The notes under the pieces are model-generated. The model worked only from the letters and a program-made list of their open reading frames with translations, made no database searches and was not told the origin of the DNA. From contig JAUPSS010000011.1 in the NCBI GenBank assembly GCA_040285825.1, forward strand, positions 879,658 through 943,657: a DNA stretch of 64,000 nt. The letters run 5' to 3'. How positions within the stretch are numbered: position 1 is the first letter of the stretch; every line of letters starts with the position of its first letter. Positions 25,501 to 38,330 of the stretch are shown here, piece after piece. Made by a program: the position numbers and the translations under genes. The stretch is from Eukaryota sp. TZLM1-RC (Eukaryota > Protista > Metamonada: BaSk clade).

Positions 25501-26121
25501 TTAAATTGTAAACATTTTATTACTTTTAGAAGCAAGGTTCATGATGCTGTAAGAGACCAGTTATATTGTATGTGTAAATCTCATAGAATTGAATCCTTCT
25601 TGGAACCTCTGTTGTCAAATCTGTTTGATGCTGAAAATGATTTTCATAAGAATAATAGAGGTGATGTCATATTACCTGGATTAGATGGAAGCTTTGTTTT
25701 ATTGGATGTAATGTCTGTTGATTCTTGTAATGCCTCATATGAAAGGCTTGTTAATTCTGAAATTCATAATCCCCTTTCAAATGCTGAAAATTTTAAATTC
25801 AAAAAATACAATGAACCTTTGTCCAAATTGGCCAGTCTACAGCATGCAAAATACAATTTGTATCCATTTGTATTTTCCCTTTTTGGTTCACTTGCACCAA
25901 CTGCTTTACGTTTTTTGGATGATTTTGAAATGATTGTAAAGAGAAGAACTGGCAGAAATTTCAACAGGTTGTTTTGGCAAAATAGAATTGTGTTTTCTAT
26001 TTTTAAGGGGATGTTGAAGATGGTTTCTGATGCTTTGCTTTCTCTTGGATCTCACTATGAGAGAGTTGCATCTAGTGTTTTTGTTTTGGGAGAGATGGAT
26101 TTTTTAGATGTTGATTTATAG
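22575..26121 (+). pseudogene. Family A single ORF (about 1120 aa reconstructed): CCHC knuckle, C4 motif, RT, zinc finger, RLE; disrupted
   Basis: ATG of MPLADSD; premature TAA at 23421-23423 (AAA in other copies); D insertion at 24582. Confidence 0.88.
24582..24742 (-). mobile_element. Family D 3' 160 bp inserted antisense in A
   Basis: Matches about 60545-60690; partial TSD attcaattt. Confidence 0.88.
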
Positions 26122-26126
26122 GTTTA

Positions 26127-26133
26127 GAATAAA
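26127..26133 (+). promoter_or_regulatory. Putative AATAAA polyadenylation signal of family A
   Basis: AATAAA just after the stop and about 10 nt before the A-tail; equivalent motif in families B-E. Confidence 0.6.
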
Positions 26134-27010
26134 ATTAAATTTAAAAAAAAGTGATATCTGGATTCAGTGTTTTCCTCAAAAATGTTCAAGAAATTCCCAC
26201 TCGATCACTTCCAAATTTACGTTTTTGCTTGAAAAAGCTTCAGCACCATCTGGTTAAATTATATGAAGGCTTGAATTATGAAGTAAGACTTGGCTTGGCC
26301 AAAACTAAAAATCCCGCTTTCGGTAATTTTTTAAAGGATATTCGTGATAGTTCAGCTGCTGCTTTAGTAACTCAAGTTCCCTCTGTTTATGGACTTTTGT
26401 TAAAAGACAATGAATGGCTTCTAAACATGCGTTTTCGTTGTTTTCTGTGGCCAAACAATTTGCCCAATCATTTAACTTGTAAATGTGGTAAACCTCTTTT
26501 GTTTACTCATCTTTTGAACTGTAAACATTTCATTACGTTTAGAAGCAAAGTGCATAATAACGTCAGGGACCAAATTTATGTAATGTGCAAATCATATCGT
26601 GTAGATTCCTTTTTAGAACCGCTGTTATCAAAATTAATTCTTGATGATCCCAATATTGATAGTACGCGTTACAACAGAGCTTCTATGGGTCTGACTAGAG
26701 GTGATCTAGTTGTTCCTGGTTTAAATGGTAGTTTTACTATTTTGGACGCCATGTCTATTGACCCTTGTAATTCCTCTAACGAACATTTCATTAACTCGGA
26801 TGTAAATAATCCTCTTCTTGCAGGCGAAAAATATAAAATTGCTAAATATGCGAAACCCATTTCCTCGGTTAATGAAAATTCTCATGCCCAATATAATTTA
26901 TGTCCATTTGTTTTTTCTTTGCTTGGATCTCTAGGTAAGGCTGCTATGGCTTTCCTTGAGGATTTTGTTGTAGTTGTAAAGGAAAGAACTGGAAGAATTT
27001 TCAATCGTGT

Positions 27011-27494
27011 TTACCTGGATTAGATGGAAGCTTTATTTTATTGGATGTAATGTCTGTTGATCCTTGTAATGCCTCAAATGAAAGGCTTGTTAATTCTGAA
27101 ATTCATAATCCCCTTTCAAATGCTGAAAATTTTAAATTCAAAAAATACAATGAACCTTTGTCCAAATTGGCCAGTCTACAGCATGCAAAATACAATTTGT
27201 ATCCATTTGTATTTTCCCTTTTTGGTTCACTTGCACCAACTGCTTTACGTTTTTTGGATGATTTTGAAATGATTGTAAAGAGAAGAACTGGCAGAAATTT
27301 CAACAGATTGTTTTGGCAAAATAGAATTGTGTTTTCTATTTTTAAGGGGATGTTGATGATGGTTTCTGATGCTTTGCTTTCTCTTGGATCTCACTATGAG
27401 AGAGTTGCATCTAGTGTTTTTGTTTTGGGAGAGATGGATTTTTAGATGTTGATTTATAGGTTTAGAATAAAATTAATTTTTTTTAAAAAAAAAA
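27011..27494 (+). mobile_element. Family A 3' 480 bp inserted in B
   Basis: TSD gtttac at 27009-27014 and 27495-27500. Confidence 0.85.
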
Positions 27495-27964
27495 GTTTAC
27501 TGGCAAAACAGGATTGTATTTTCTATTTTTAAAGGAATGGTAACACTAATTTCTGATTCACTATCTTCTTTTGGGAAATTTTCTGAATCTTTAGCGATTA
27601 ATTGTTTTGATGTAGGGGAGGCAGGTTTTGAGGATGTGGAGTTTTAATTGTGTATTTCATATTTGTTGTTGAATAAAAATAAATAATAAAAAAAATTGGA
27701 AAGGCTTCAAATAGTGTCTTGCTTTAGTAGAAATTCTGTTAAAAATAAGCGAAGAAAGCAATCTGGTTAATGACTCTCCAATAGCAATTGGTCTAACTCC
27801 ATCAGGTTTGTCACCTTTACCAGGTTTAACTAAAGCAACTAAACGGGCAGCAGTCAATTCAGGCGGAGGAACATAATTTAAACACATTAAATTTTGAAAA
27901 TAGGAAGCAAGATCCTCAACAATTTCAGGAGCATTTTTACAGGCAGTTTTTAACAAATCAAAGG

Positions 27965-29538
27965 AAATGCCTTCTGATTGGCTCTTCTGCTCAAGACCTC
28001 GTGATAAACGATTCTATTGTCCCTTTTACTAATTATAGTAGTGATGCTTTTAAGTTCCTTGGTTGTTGGTTAGGAAATGTGCCTCAAATTCAGAATGAAT
28101 TGCAAGTTATTTTGGAAAAAATGAAAATTGAACTTGATTCAATTTCTTCTTTAGATATAGAAAAGCATATTAAATTTTTCATGCTTAAAATTTGCTACAC
28201 TGGGAAAATAACCCACATTTTGAGATCTTGTGCTCCTTCCATAGCATTAGATTTTTGTCGTTCTTTTAATTCATTGAGAACAGAATTTTTTGCTGATTTA
28301 TTGGATGTAGAACCAGGAATGTTGAAAAGCCATTTATTTTCTTCAGCAAATTTGGGGGGTATTGGATTTACTAAATCTTCAATTTTGTGTCAATCAGCAT
28401 TCTTGGGTGGTGGCAAAAATTTTATTTATGAATTTTCTCGTAGATTTCCTGATGATTCTCATCTGTTAGTCCCCAATTGTAGTCCCTATTTGTATGAGTT
28501 ATCTTGTGAACTTGAAAATTACCGCCACAAATTTGGACCAAATGTTTTCCTCAATCAATTCAAGAAATTCCAAACCGATCTCTATTTAATTTACAGTTTT
28601 GCTGTAAAAGCTTCAACAAAAATTGTCAAAGATTTTTGAAAGCTTGGATTTTGATGTTAGACTTGGCTTGGCCAAGAAAAAGAATCCGCTTTGCAAATCT
28701 TTTACAAGATATGTGTGACAGTACTTCTTCTGCCTTAGTAACAACAATTCCACAAGTTTATGGTACTCTCTTATCCGATTCTGCTTGGACTCTGAATATG
28801 AGATTTCGTTCCTTTATCTGGCCTGATAATTTACCTCATAATTTAATTTGTAAATGTTCTCGAGAAATTACAACTACTCATTTGTTAAATTGTAAACATT
28901 TTATTACTTTTTAGAAGCAAGGTTCATGATGCTGTAAGAGACCAGTTATATTGTATGTGTAAATCTCATAGAATTGAATCCTTCTTGGAACCTTTGTTGT
29001 CAAATCTGTTTGATGCTGAAAATGATTTTCATAAGAATAATAGAGGTGATGTCATATTACCTGGATTAGATGGAAGCTTCATTTTATTGGATGTAATGTC
29101 TGTTGATCCTTGTAATGCCTCAAATGAAAGGCTTGTTAATTCTGAAATTCATAATCCCCTTTCAAATGCTGAAAATTTTAAATTCAAAAAAATACAATGA
29201 ACCTTTGTCCAAATTGGCCAGTCTACAGCATGCAAAATACAATTTGTATCCATTTGTATTTTCCCTTTTTGGTTCACTTGCACCAACTGCTTTACGTTTT
29301 TTGGATGATTTTGAAATGATTGTAAAGAGAAGAACTGGCAGAAATTTCAACAGATTGTTTTGGCAAAATAGAATTGTGTTTTCTATTTTTAAGGGGATGT
29401 TGAAGATGGTTTCTGATGCTTTGCTTTCTCTTGGATCTCACTATGAGAGAGTTGCATCTAGTGTTTTTGTTTTGGGAGAGATGGATTTTTTAGATGTTGA
29501 TTTATAGGTTTAGAATAAAATTAAATTTTAAAAAAAAA
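27965..29538 (+). mobile_element. Family A 1.57 kb copy, antisense in B
   Basis: 5' microhomology aaatgcct; same junction as at about 17140; A-tail at 29530-29538. Confidence 0.9.
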
Positions 29539-29539
29539 T

Positions 29540-29580
29540 CAATCAAAAAATTGGCAAAAGCAGGATTTTCTTTCTTAGCC
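29540..29580 (-). mobile_element. Orphan 40 bp internal family D fragment
   Basis: Identical to about 61368-61408. Confidence 0.75.
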
Positions 29581-29581
29581 T

Positions 29582-32222
29582 AAAATAAAGCTTCCATCTA
29601 ATCCAGGTAATATGACATCACCTCTATTATTCTTATGAAAATCATTTTCAGCATCAAACAGATTTGACAACAAAGGTTCCAAGAAGGATTCAATTCTATG
29701 AGATTTACACATACAATATAACTGGTCTCTTACAGCATCATGAACCTTGCTTCTAAAAGTAATAAAATGTTTACAATTTAACAAATGAGTAGTTGTAATT
29801 TCTCGAGAACATTTACAAATTAAATTATGAGGTAAATTATCAGGCCAGATAAAGGAACGAAATTTCATATTCAGAGTCCAAGCAGAATCGGATAAGAGAG
29901 TACCATAAACTTGTGGAATTGTTGTTACTAAGGCAGAAGAAGAACTGTCACACATATCTTGTAAAAGATTTGCAAAAGCGGGATTATTTTTCTTGGCCAA
30001 GCCAAGTCTAACATCAAAATCCAAGCTTTCAAAAATCTTTGACAATTTTTGTTGAAGCTTTTTACAGCAAAACTGTAAATTAAATAGAGATCGGTTTGGA
30101 ATTTCTTGAATTAATTGAGGAAAACATTTGGTCCAAATTTGTGGCGGCAATATTTCAAGTTCAGAAGATAACTCATACAAATAGGGACTACAATTGGGGA
30201 CTAACAGATGAGAATCATCAGGAAATCTACGAGAAAATTCATAAATAAAATTTTTGCCACCACCCAAGAATGCTGATTGACACAAAATTGAAGATTTAGT
30301 AAAACCAATACCACCCAAATTTGCTGAAGAAAATAAATGGCTTTTCAACATTCCTGGTTCTACATCCAATAAATCAGCAAAAAATTCTGTTCTCAATGAA
30401 TTAAAAGAACGACAAAAATCTAATGCTATGGAAGGAGCACAAGATCTCAAAATGTGGGTTATTCTCCCAGTGTAGCAAATTTCAAGCATGAAAAATTTAA
30501 TATGCTTTTCTATATCTAAAGAAGAAATTGAATCAAGTTCAATTTTCATCGTTCCCAAAATAACTTGCAATTCATTCTGAATTTGAGGCACGTTTCCTAA
30601 CCAACAACCAAGGAACTTAAAAGCATCACTACTATAATTAGTAAAAGGGACAATAGAATCGTTTATCACGAGGTCTTGAGCAGAAGAGCCAATCAGAATA
30701 CATTTGCTGGCATTAAGATGAAGCCCAATATTTTCATATGAATCAGCAATTTCTTGAGCAACCAATTCTAGCAAATCAAATGAACCAATCAAGGATATAT
30801 CATCCATATAAGCAACTATTGTTATGGAAGGGAATTTTAGCTCAATGATATTTAAATTTTTGTGAATAGCTAAACAAAACAATAATGGACCTAAAGGATC
30901 TCCCTGCTTCACTCCAGAAGATGATTTAAGACCAAATGAATTAAAAATTAAATCTGATTCTTTACCATAAAAATGGTAGAAAAAACTCGATAGCTCAGGA
31001 AAATCAGATTTAATAACTTCAAAAAAATTGCTTCTCGCTTTACAGAATTAAAAGCATTTTTAAAGTCGAGATTAAAAATAAAATTATTTTCCTCTGCATT
31101 AAAAAAAGGTATCAGAGGCAATAGCAGCAACAGAAGCACCATCAATTGTTTTGATTCCAAATTGATGAGGATTTAAAAATGTAGAAGCTTTGTCTTTGAC
31201 ACGATCGAAGACAATTGATGCCAGCAAACGAGAAAGAGATTCACCAACAGCAATTGGGCGTATTCCATCAGGTTTGATTCCGTTTCCAGGCTTTACTAAA
31301 GCAATCAGACGTGCTGCGAGCAATTCAAATGGAGGATTTATTTTCAAAACAATTAATTGTTGAAAATAGTGGGCTAGATCATCAGCAATTTCGGGAGCAC
31401 TGGAACACGCTATTTTTAAGAGATCAAAGGAAATTCCAGATGGGCCTGCTGCTTTCCCCTTTGGCAATTTTTGAATAGCTTTAAGAACTTCAATTGCAGT
31501 AATAGGATTTTCAATCCAAAAAGGACACACTTCAGGCTTGCTGCACTTGAAATTTTCTTGAGGATGCAACTTTTGAAGTTTTTCAAGGGTATCAGAGTTT
31601 GCATCAGCCAAAGAAGAGGAAAACAAAGACTGCTTTGCGGCACAATTTTCGGCAAATTTTTGATTTTACAATTTTTCTATTTCCAAATTTTTTCTTAAAA
31701 CAATTTTTGTTTTTTCTAGCAAAATATTTCCAGAAGGATGAAATATTCCACTTATTATTTTTCAATTCAGAAGTAAAATTTCTCATTTCCATTGAGAAGG
31801 GGATTGTGCTGGCGGGACTTATTTCTACTGGGATCCGGATCGGGGGTCTTACGGTATCAACGGCTTTACAATTCGTACAAAACAGAAGTTTTCGACCATT
31901 TCGTGAATCTGCAACATCTTTTTTGCAAAATGGACAACAAAAATTACTGTTTTCAGAAGGGGAAGAAGAGGGAACACTAGAAGCATTTAACTGTTGATCG
32001 TCAGAAACATTATTTTCAGCACCTTTCACAACGGCAACAGCTGGAACAGCACATTTGAGAATTTGTTGAGCAGATTTTAATTCAAATTCTCTTTTTTGTT
32101 TCTCAGGGCACGTTCTCGAATTATGACCACTGATACCACAAATCGAACATTTTTTAGAACCTTTTAATGGCAGTGGTTTCCTTTTTTCAGTTCTTTCAAT
32201 TTTGTCAATTTTTGAGTTAAAA
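29582..32222 (-). mobile_element. Family A copy lacking both ends
   Basis: ORFs 29575-30912, 31099-31626 and 31604-32260; 20 bp deletion near 31640. Confidence 0.9.
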
Positions 32223-32227
32223 TAATA

Positions 32228-32416
32228 ATAATAATGGCAAATTGAATCCGAGAACGTCATACAAAAATATCAAATCTTTTCATTGTTTTTTCATGAAACA
32301 TTTTTTGGAAAGAAAATGGAAATACTATTTGACACATCAAAAAAGTTTCTGCTTCAACTGATAATCTTCCGTTTATCGAAAATGGGAAAGCAATAAAAAC
32401 TAGTTGTGTATTTCTA
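32228..32416 (-). mobile_element. Diverged family E fragment
   Basis: Similar to about 16495-16662 with substitutions and a short insert. Confidence 0.7.
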
Positions 32417-32422
32417 CCAGCA

Positions 32423-35400
32423 TTTTTTTTAACAAAATTTTAATTTTATTCAAAACCTATAAATCAACATCTAAAAAAACCATCTCTCCCAGAACAAAAA
32501 CACTAGATGCAACTCTCTGATAGTGAGATCCAAGAGAAAGCAAAGCATCAGAAACCATCTTCAACATCCCCTTAAAAATAGAAAACACAATTCTATTTTG
32601 CCAAAACAATCTGTTGAAATTTCTCCCAGTTCTTCTCTTGAGAATCAATTCAAAATCATCCAAACAACGTAAAGCAGTTGGTGCAAGAGAACCAAAAAGG
32701 GAAAACACAAATGGATACAAATTGTATTTTGCATGCTGTAGACTGGCCAATTTGGACAAAGGTTCATTGTATTTTTTGAGTTTGAAATTTTCAGCATTTG
32801 AAAGGGGATTATGAATTTCATAATTAACAAGCCTTTCATTTGAGGCATTACAAGGATCAACAGACATTACATCTACTAAAATGCAGATTCCATCTAATCC
32901 AGGTAATATAACATCACCTCTATTATTCTTATGAAAATCATCTTCAGCATCAAACAGATTTGACAACAGAGGTTCCAAGAAGGATTCAATTCTATGAGAT
33001 TTACACATACAATATAACTGGTCTCTCACAGCATCATGAATCTTGCTTCTAAAAGTAATAAAATGTTTACAATTTAACAAATGAGTAGTTGTAATTTCTC
33101 GAGAACATTTACAAATTAAATTATGAGGTAAATTATCAGGCCAGATAAAGGAACGAAATCTCATATTCAGAGTCCAAGCAGAATCGGATAAGAGAGTACC
33201 ATAATCTTGTGGAATTGTTGTTACTAAGGCAGAAGAAGTACTGTCACACATATCTTGTAAAAGATTTGCAAAAGCGGGATTCTTTTTCTTGGCCAAGCCA
33301 AGTCTAACATCAAAATCCAAGCTTTCAAAAATCTTTGACAATTTTTGTTGAAGCTTTTTACAGCAAAACTGTAAATTAAATAGAGATCGGTTTGGAATTT
33401 CTTGAATTGATTGAGGAAAACATTTGGTCCAAATTTGTGGCGGTAATTTTTCAAGTTCACAAGATAACTCATACAAATAGGGACTACAATTGGGGACTAA
33501 CAGATGAGAATCATCAGGAAATCTACGAGAAAATTCATAAATAAAATTTTTGCCACCACCCAAGAATGCTGAGTGACACAAAATTGAAGATTTAGTAAAT
33601 CCAATACCCCCCAAATTTGCTGAAGAAAATAAATGGCTTTTCAACATTCCTGGTTCTACATCCAATAAATCAGCAAAAAATTCTGTTCTCAATGAATTAA
33701 AAGAACGACAAAAATCTAATGCTATGGAAGGAGCACAAGATCTCAAAATGTGGGTTATTCTCCCAGTGTAGCAAATTTTAAGCATAAAAAATTTAATATG
33801 CTTTTTCTATATCTAAAGAAGAAAAAATTGAATCAAGTTCAATTTTCATTTTTTCCAAAATAACTTGCAATTCATTCTGAATTTGAGGCACATTTCCTAA
33901 CCAACAACCAAGGAACTTAAAAGCATCACTACTATAATTAGTAAAAGGGACAATAGAATCGTTTATCACGAGGTCTTGAGCAGAAGAGCCAATCAGAAGG
34001 CATTTGCTGGCATTAAGATGAAGCCCAATATTTTCATATGAATCGGCAATTTCTTGAGCAACCAATTCTAGTAAATCAAATGAACCAATCAAGGATATAT
34101 CATCCATATAAGCAACTATTTTTATAGAAGGGTATTTTTGCTTAATGATATTTAAAGTTTTGTGAATAGCCAAACAAAACAATAATGGACCTAAAGGGTC
34201 ACCTTGCTTCACACCAGAAGATGATTTAAGAGCAAATGAATTAAAAATTAAATCTGATTCTTTACCATAAAAATGGTAGAAAAAACTCGATAGCTCAGGA
34301 AAATCAGATTTAATAACTTCAAAAATTGCTTCTCGCTTTACATTAAAAGCATTTTTAAAGTCGAGATTAAAAATAAAATTATTTTCCTCTGCATTAAAAA
34401 AGGTATCAGAGGCAATAGCAGCAACAGAAGCACCATCAATTGTTTTCATTCCAAATTGATGAGGATTCAAAAATGTAGAGGCTTTGTCTTTGACACGATC
34501 GAAGACAATTGATGCCAACAAACGAGAAAGAGATTCACCAACAGCAATTGGGCGTATTCCATCAGGTTTGATTCCGTTTCCAGGCTTTACTAAAGCAATC
34601 AGACGTGCTGCGAGCAATTCAAATGGAGGATTTATTTTCAAAACAATTAATTGTTGAAAATAGTGGGCTAGATCGTCAGCAATTTCGGGAGCACTGGAAC
34701 ACGCTATTTTTAACAGATCAAAAGAAATTCCAGATGGGCCTGCTGCTTTCCCCTTTGGCAATTTTTGAATAGCTTTAAGAACTTCAATTGCAGTAATAGG
34801 ATTTTCAATCCAAAAAGGACACACTTCAGGCTTGCTGCACTTGAAATTTTCTTGAGGATGCAACTTTTGAAGTTTTTCAAGGGTATCAGAGTTTGCATCA
34901 GCCAAAGAAGAGGAAAACAAAGACTGCTTTGCGGTACAATTTTCGGCAAATTTTTGATTTTACAATTTTTCTATTTCCAAATTTTTTCTTAAAACAATTT
35001 TTGTTTTTTCTAGCAAAATATTTCCAGAAGGATGAAATATTTCACTTATTATTTTTCAATTCAGAAGTAAAATTTCTCATTTCCATTGAGAAGGGGATTG
35101 TGCTGGCGGGACTTATTTCTACTGGGATCCGGATCGGGGGTCTTACGGTATCAACGGCTTTACAATTCGTACAAAACAGAAGTTTTCGACCATTTCGTGA
35201 ATCTGCAACATCTTTTTTGCAAAATGGACAACAAAAATTACTGTTTTCAGAAGGGGAAGAAGAGGGAACACTAGAAGCATTTAACTGTTGATCGTCAGAA
35301 ACATTATTTTCAGCACCTTTCACAACGGCAACAGCTGGAACAGAACATTTGAGAATTTGTTGAGCAGATTTAAATTCAAATTCTCTTTTTTGTTTCTCAG

Positions 35401-35891
35401 GGCACGTTCTCGAATTATGACCACTGATACCACAAATCGAACATTTTTTTAGAACCTTTTAATGGCAGTGGTTTCATTTTTTTCAGTTCTTTCAATTTTG
35501 TCAATTTTTGAGTTAAAAGTAGAAATAGACTTTTTGACTTTTTGCAGTTTCAGCTGGAGAAAACAAATTTCGAGAAACGGAGTTGTTAATAGAACGCGCA
35601 ACAGAACGCAAGGAACGTAATGGTGGTTTTTCTGTGTTTTTTCTGGTACAATGATCAGTTTTTGAATGAAAATTTTTTTGAGATGAATTTCGAGCATAGC
35701 TTGTATTGTGGGGAGAGTGGGGAAGTGGAATGGATGAGCTTGATCTGACTGGTAGAATCTTTGCTTGGGCGTTCCAATCAGTATCAGAGTCACTATCAGC
35801 CAAAGGCATCGTTTTGACAGAGAAACAGTACGACTTTGACGCCTTGACAGAAAGTGAAATATGAAAGGGTTGACTAAGGGAGGGAGAAAAA
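32423..35891 (-). mobile_element. Full-length-sized family A element, probably recombinant
   Basis: 5' end at 35891, ATG at 35809, stop at 32457, tail at 32423; its flanks do not form a TSD, and the 5' flank pairs with 17178-17190 instead. Confidence 0.9.
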
Positions 35892-38330
35892 AAACGATTC
35901 TATTGTCCCTTTTACTAATTATAGTAGTGATGCTTTTAAGTTCCTTGGTTGTTGGTTAGGAAATGTGCCTCAAATTCAGAATGAATTGCAAGTTATTTTG
36001 GAAAAAATGAAAATTGAACTTGATTCAATTTCTTCTTTAGATATAGAAAAGCATATTAAATTTTTCATGCTTAAAATTTGCTACACTGGGAGAATAACCC
36101 ACATTTTGAGATCTTGTGCTCCTTCCATAGCATTAGATTTTTTTCGTTCTTTTAATTCATTGAGAACAGAATTTTTTGCTGATTTATTGGATGTAGAACC
36201 AGGAATGTTGAAAAGCCATTTATTTTCTTCCAGCAAATTTGGGTGGTATTGGTTTTACTAAATCTTCAATTTTGTGTCAATCAGCATTCTTGGGTGGTGG
36301 CAAAAATTTTATTTATGAATTTTCTCGTAGATTTCCTGATGATTCTCATCTGTTAGTCCCCAATTGTGTCCCTATTTGTATGAGTTATCTTGTGAACTTG
36401 AAAAATTACCGCCACAAATTTGGACCAAATGTTTTCCTCAATCAATTCAAGAAATTCCAAACCGATCTCTATTTAATTTACAGTTTTGCTGTAAAAAGCT
36501 TCAACAAAAATTGTCAAAGATTTTTGAAAGCTTGGATTTTGATGTTAGACTTGGCTTGGCCAAGAAAAAGAATCCCGCTTTTGCAAATCTTTTACAAGAT
36601 ATGTGTGACAGTACTTCTTCTGCCTTAGTAACAACAATTCCACAAGTTTATGGTACTCTCTTATCCGATTCTGCTTGGACTCTGAATATGAGATTTCGTT
36701 CCTTTATCTGGCCTGATAATTTACCTCATAATTTAATTTGTAAATGTTCTCGAGAAATTACAACTACTCATTTGTTAAATTGTAAACATTTTATTACTTT
36801 TAGAAGCAAGGTTCATGATGCTGTAAGAGACCAGTTATATTGTATGTGTAAATCTCATAGAATTGAATCCTTCTTGGAACCTTTGTTGTCAAATCTGTTT
36901 GATGCTGAAAATGATTTTCATAAGAATAATAGAGGTGATGTCATATTACCTGGATTAGATGGAAGCTTCATTTTATTGGATGTAATGTCTGTTGATCCTT
37001 GTAATGCCTCAAATGAAAGGCTTGTTAATTCTGAAATTCATAATCCCCTTTCAAATGCTGAAAATTTTAAATTCAAAAAATACAATGAACCTTTGTCCAA
37101 ATTGGCCAGTCTACAGCATGCAAAATACAATTTGTATCCATTTGTATTTTCCCTTTTTGGTTCACTTGCACCAACTGCTTTACGTTTTTTGGATGATTTT
37201 GAAATGATTGTAAAGAGAAGAACTGGCAGAAATTTCAACAGATTGTTTTGGCAAAATAGAATTGTGTTTTCTATTTTTAAGGGGATGTTGAAGATGGTTT
37301 CTGATGCTTTGCTTTCTCTTGGATCTCACTATGAGAGAGTTGCATCTAGTGTTTTTGTTTTGGGAGAGATGGATTTTTTAGATGTTGATTTATAGGTTTA
37401 GAATAAAATTTTGATCGGATTTTGATGTTAGGCTTGGCTTGGCCAAGAAAAAGAATCCCGCTTTTGCAAATCTTTTACAAGATATGTGTGACAGTACTTC
37501 TTCTGCCTTAGTAACAACAATTCCACAAGTTTATGGTACTCTCTTATCCGATTCTGCTTGGACTCTGAATATGAGATTTCGTTCCTTTATCTGGCCTGAT
37601 AATTTACCTCATAATTTAATTTGTAAATGTTCTCGAGAAATTACAACTACTCATTTGTTAAATTGTAAACATTTTATTACTTTTAGAAGCAAGGTTCATG
37701 ATGCTGTAAGAGACCAGTTATATTGTATGTGTAAATCTCATAGAATTGAATCCTTCTTGGAACCTCTGTTGTCAAATCTGTTTGATGCTGAAAATGATTT
37801 TCATAAGAATAATAGAGGTGATGTCATATTACCTGGATTAGATGGAAGCTTTATTTTATTGGATGTAATGTCTGTTGATCCTTGTAATGCCTCAAATGAA
37901 AGGCTTGTTAATTCTGAAATTCATAATCCCCTTTCAAATGCTGAAAATTTTAAATTCAAAAAATACAATGAACCTTTGTCCAAATTGGCCAGTCTACAGC
38001 ATGCAAAATACAATTTGTATCCATTTGTATTTTCCCTTTTTGGTTCACTTGCACCAACTGCTTTTCGTTTTTTGGATGATTTTGAAATGATTGTAAAGAG
38101 AAGAACTGGCAGAAATTTCAACAGATTGTTTTGGCAAAATAGAATAGTGTTTTCTATTTTTAAGGGGATGTTGAAGATGGTTTCTGATGCTTTGCTTTCT
38201 CTTGGATCTCACTATGAGAGAGTTGCATCTAGTGTTTTTGTTTTGGGAGAGATGGATTTTTTGGATGTTGATTTATAGGTTTAGAATAAAATTAAAAAAA
38301 AAGAATAAAATTAAATTTTTTTAAAAAAAA
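35892..38330 (+). mobile_element. Family A copy (17143-17190 + 35892-37410 + 38302-38330), antisense in B
   Basis: TSD aaatgcct at about 17137 and 38329; ORF 36364-37395. Confidence 0.85.
37411..38301 (+). mobile_element. Family A 0.89 kb copy inserted in the 3' UTR of another A
   Basis: TSD agaataaaatt at 37400-37410 and 38302-38312. Confidence 0.85.

Larger units (their letters stand above)
22491..26150 (+). mobile_element. Full-length family A element (about 3.48 kb without the nested D)
   Basis: TSD gtgatatctggatt at 22477-22490 and 26151-26164; same 5' terminus as the copy ending at 35891; A-tail. Confidence 0.95.
21035..27693 (+). mobile_element. Family B 5'-truncated copy (21035-22490, 26151-27014, 27495-27693), antisense in B
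   Basis: Collinear RT-ZF-RLE pieces; tail at 27670-27693. Confidence 0.9.
20877..27972 (-). mobile_element. Family B host segment (20877-21035 + 27691-27972)
   Basis: Pieces rejoin as tataccaaat|tggaaaggc, seen intact at about 16810-16830. Confidence 0.85.

Noticed and set aside
37385-38330. Template-jump chain of three A ends
   Set aside because: Explained more simply by one insertion with TSD agaataaaatt.
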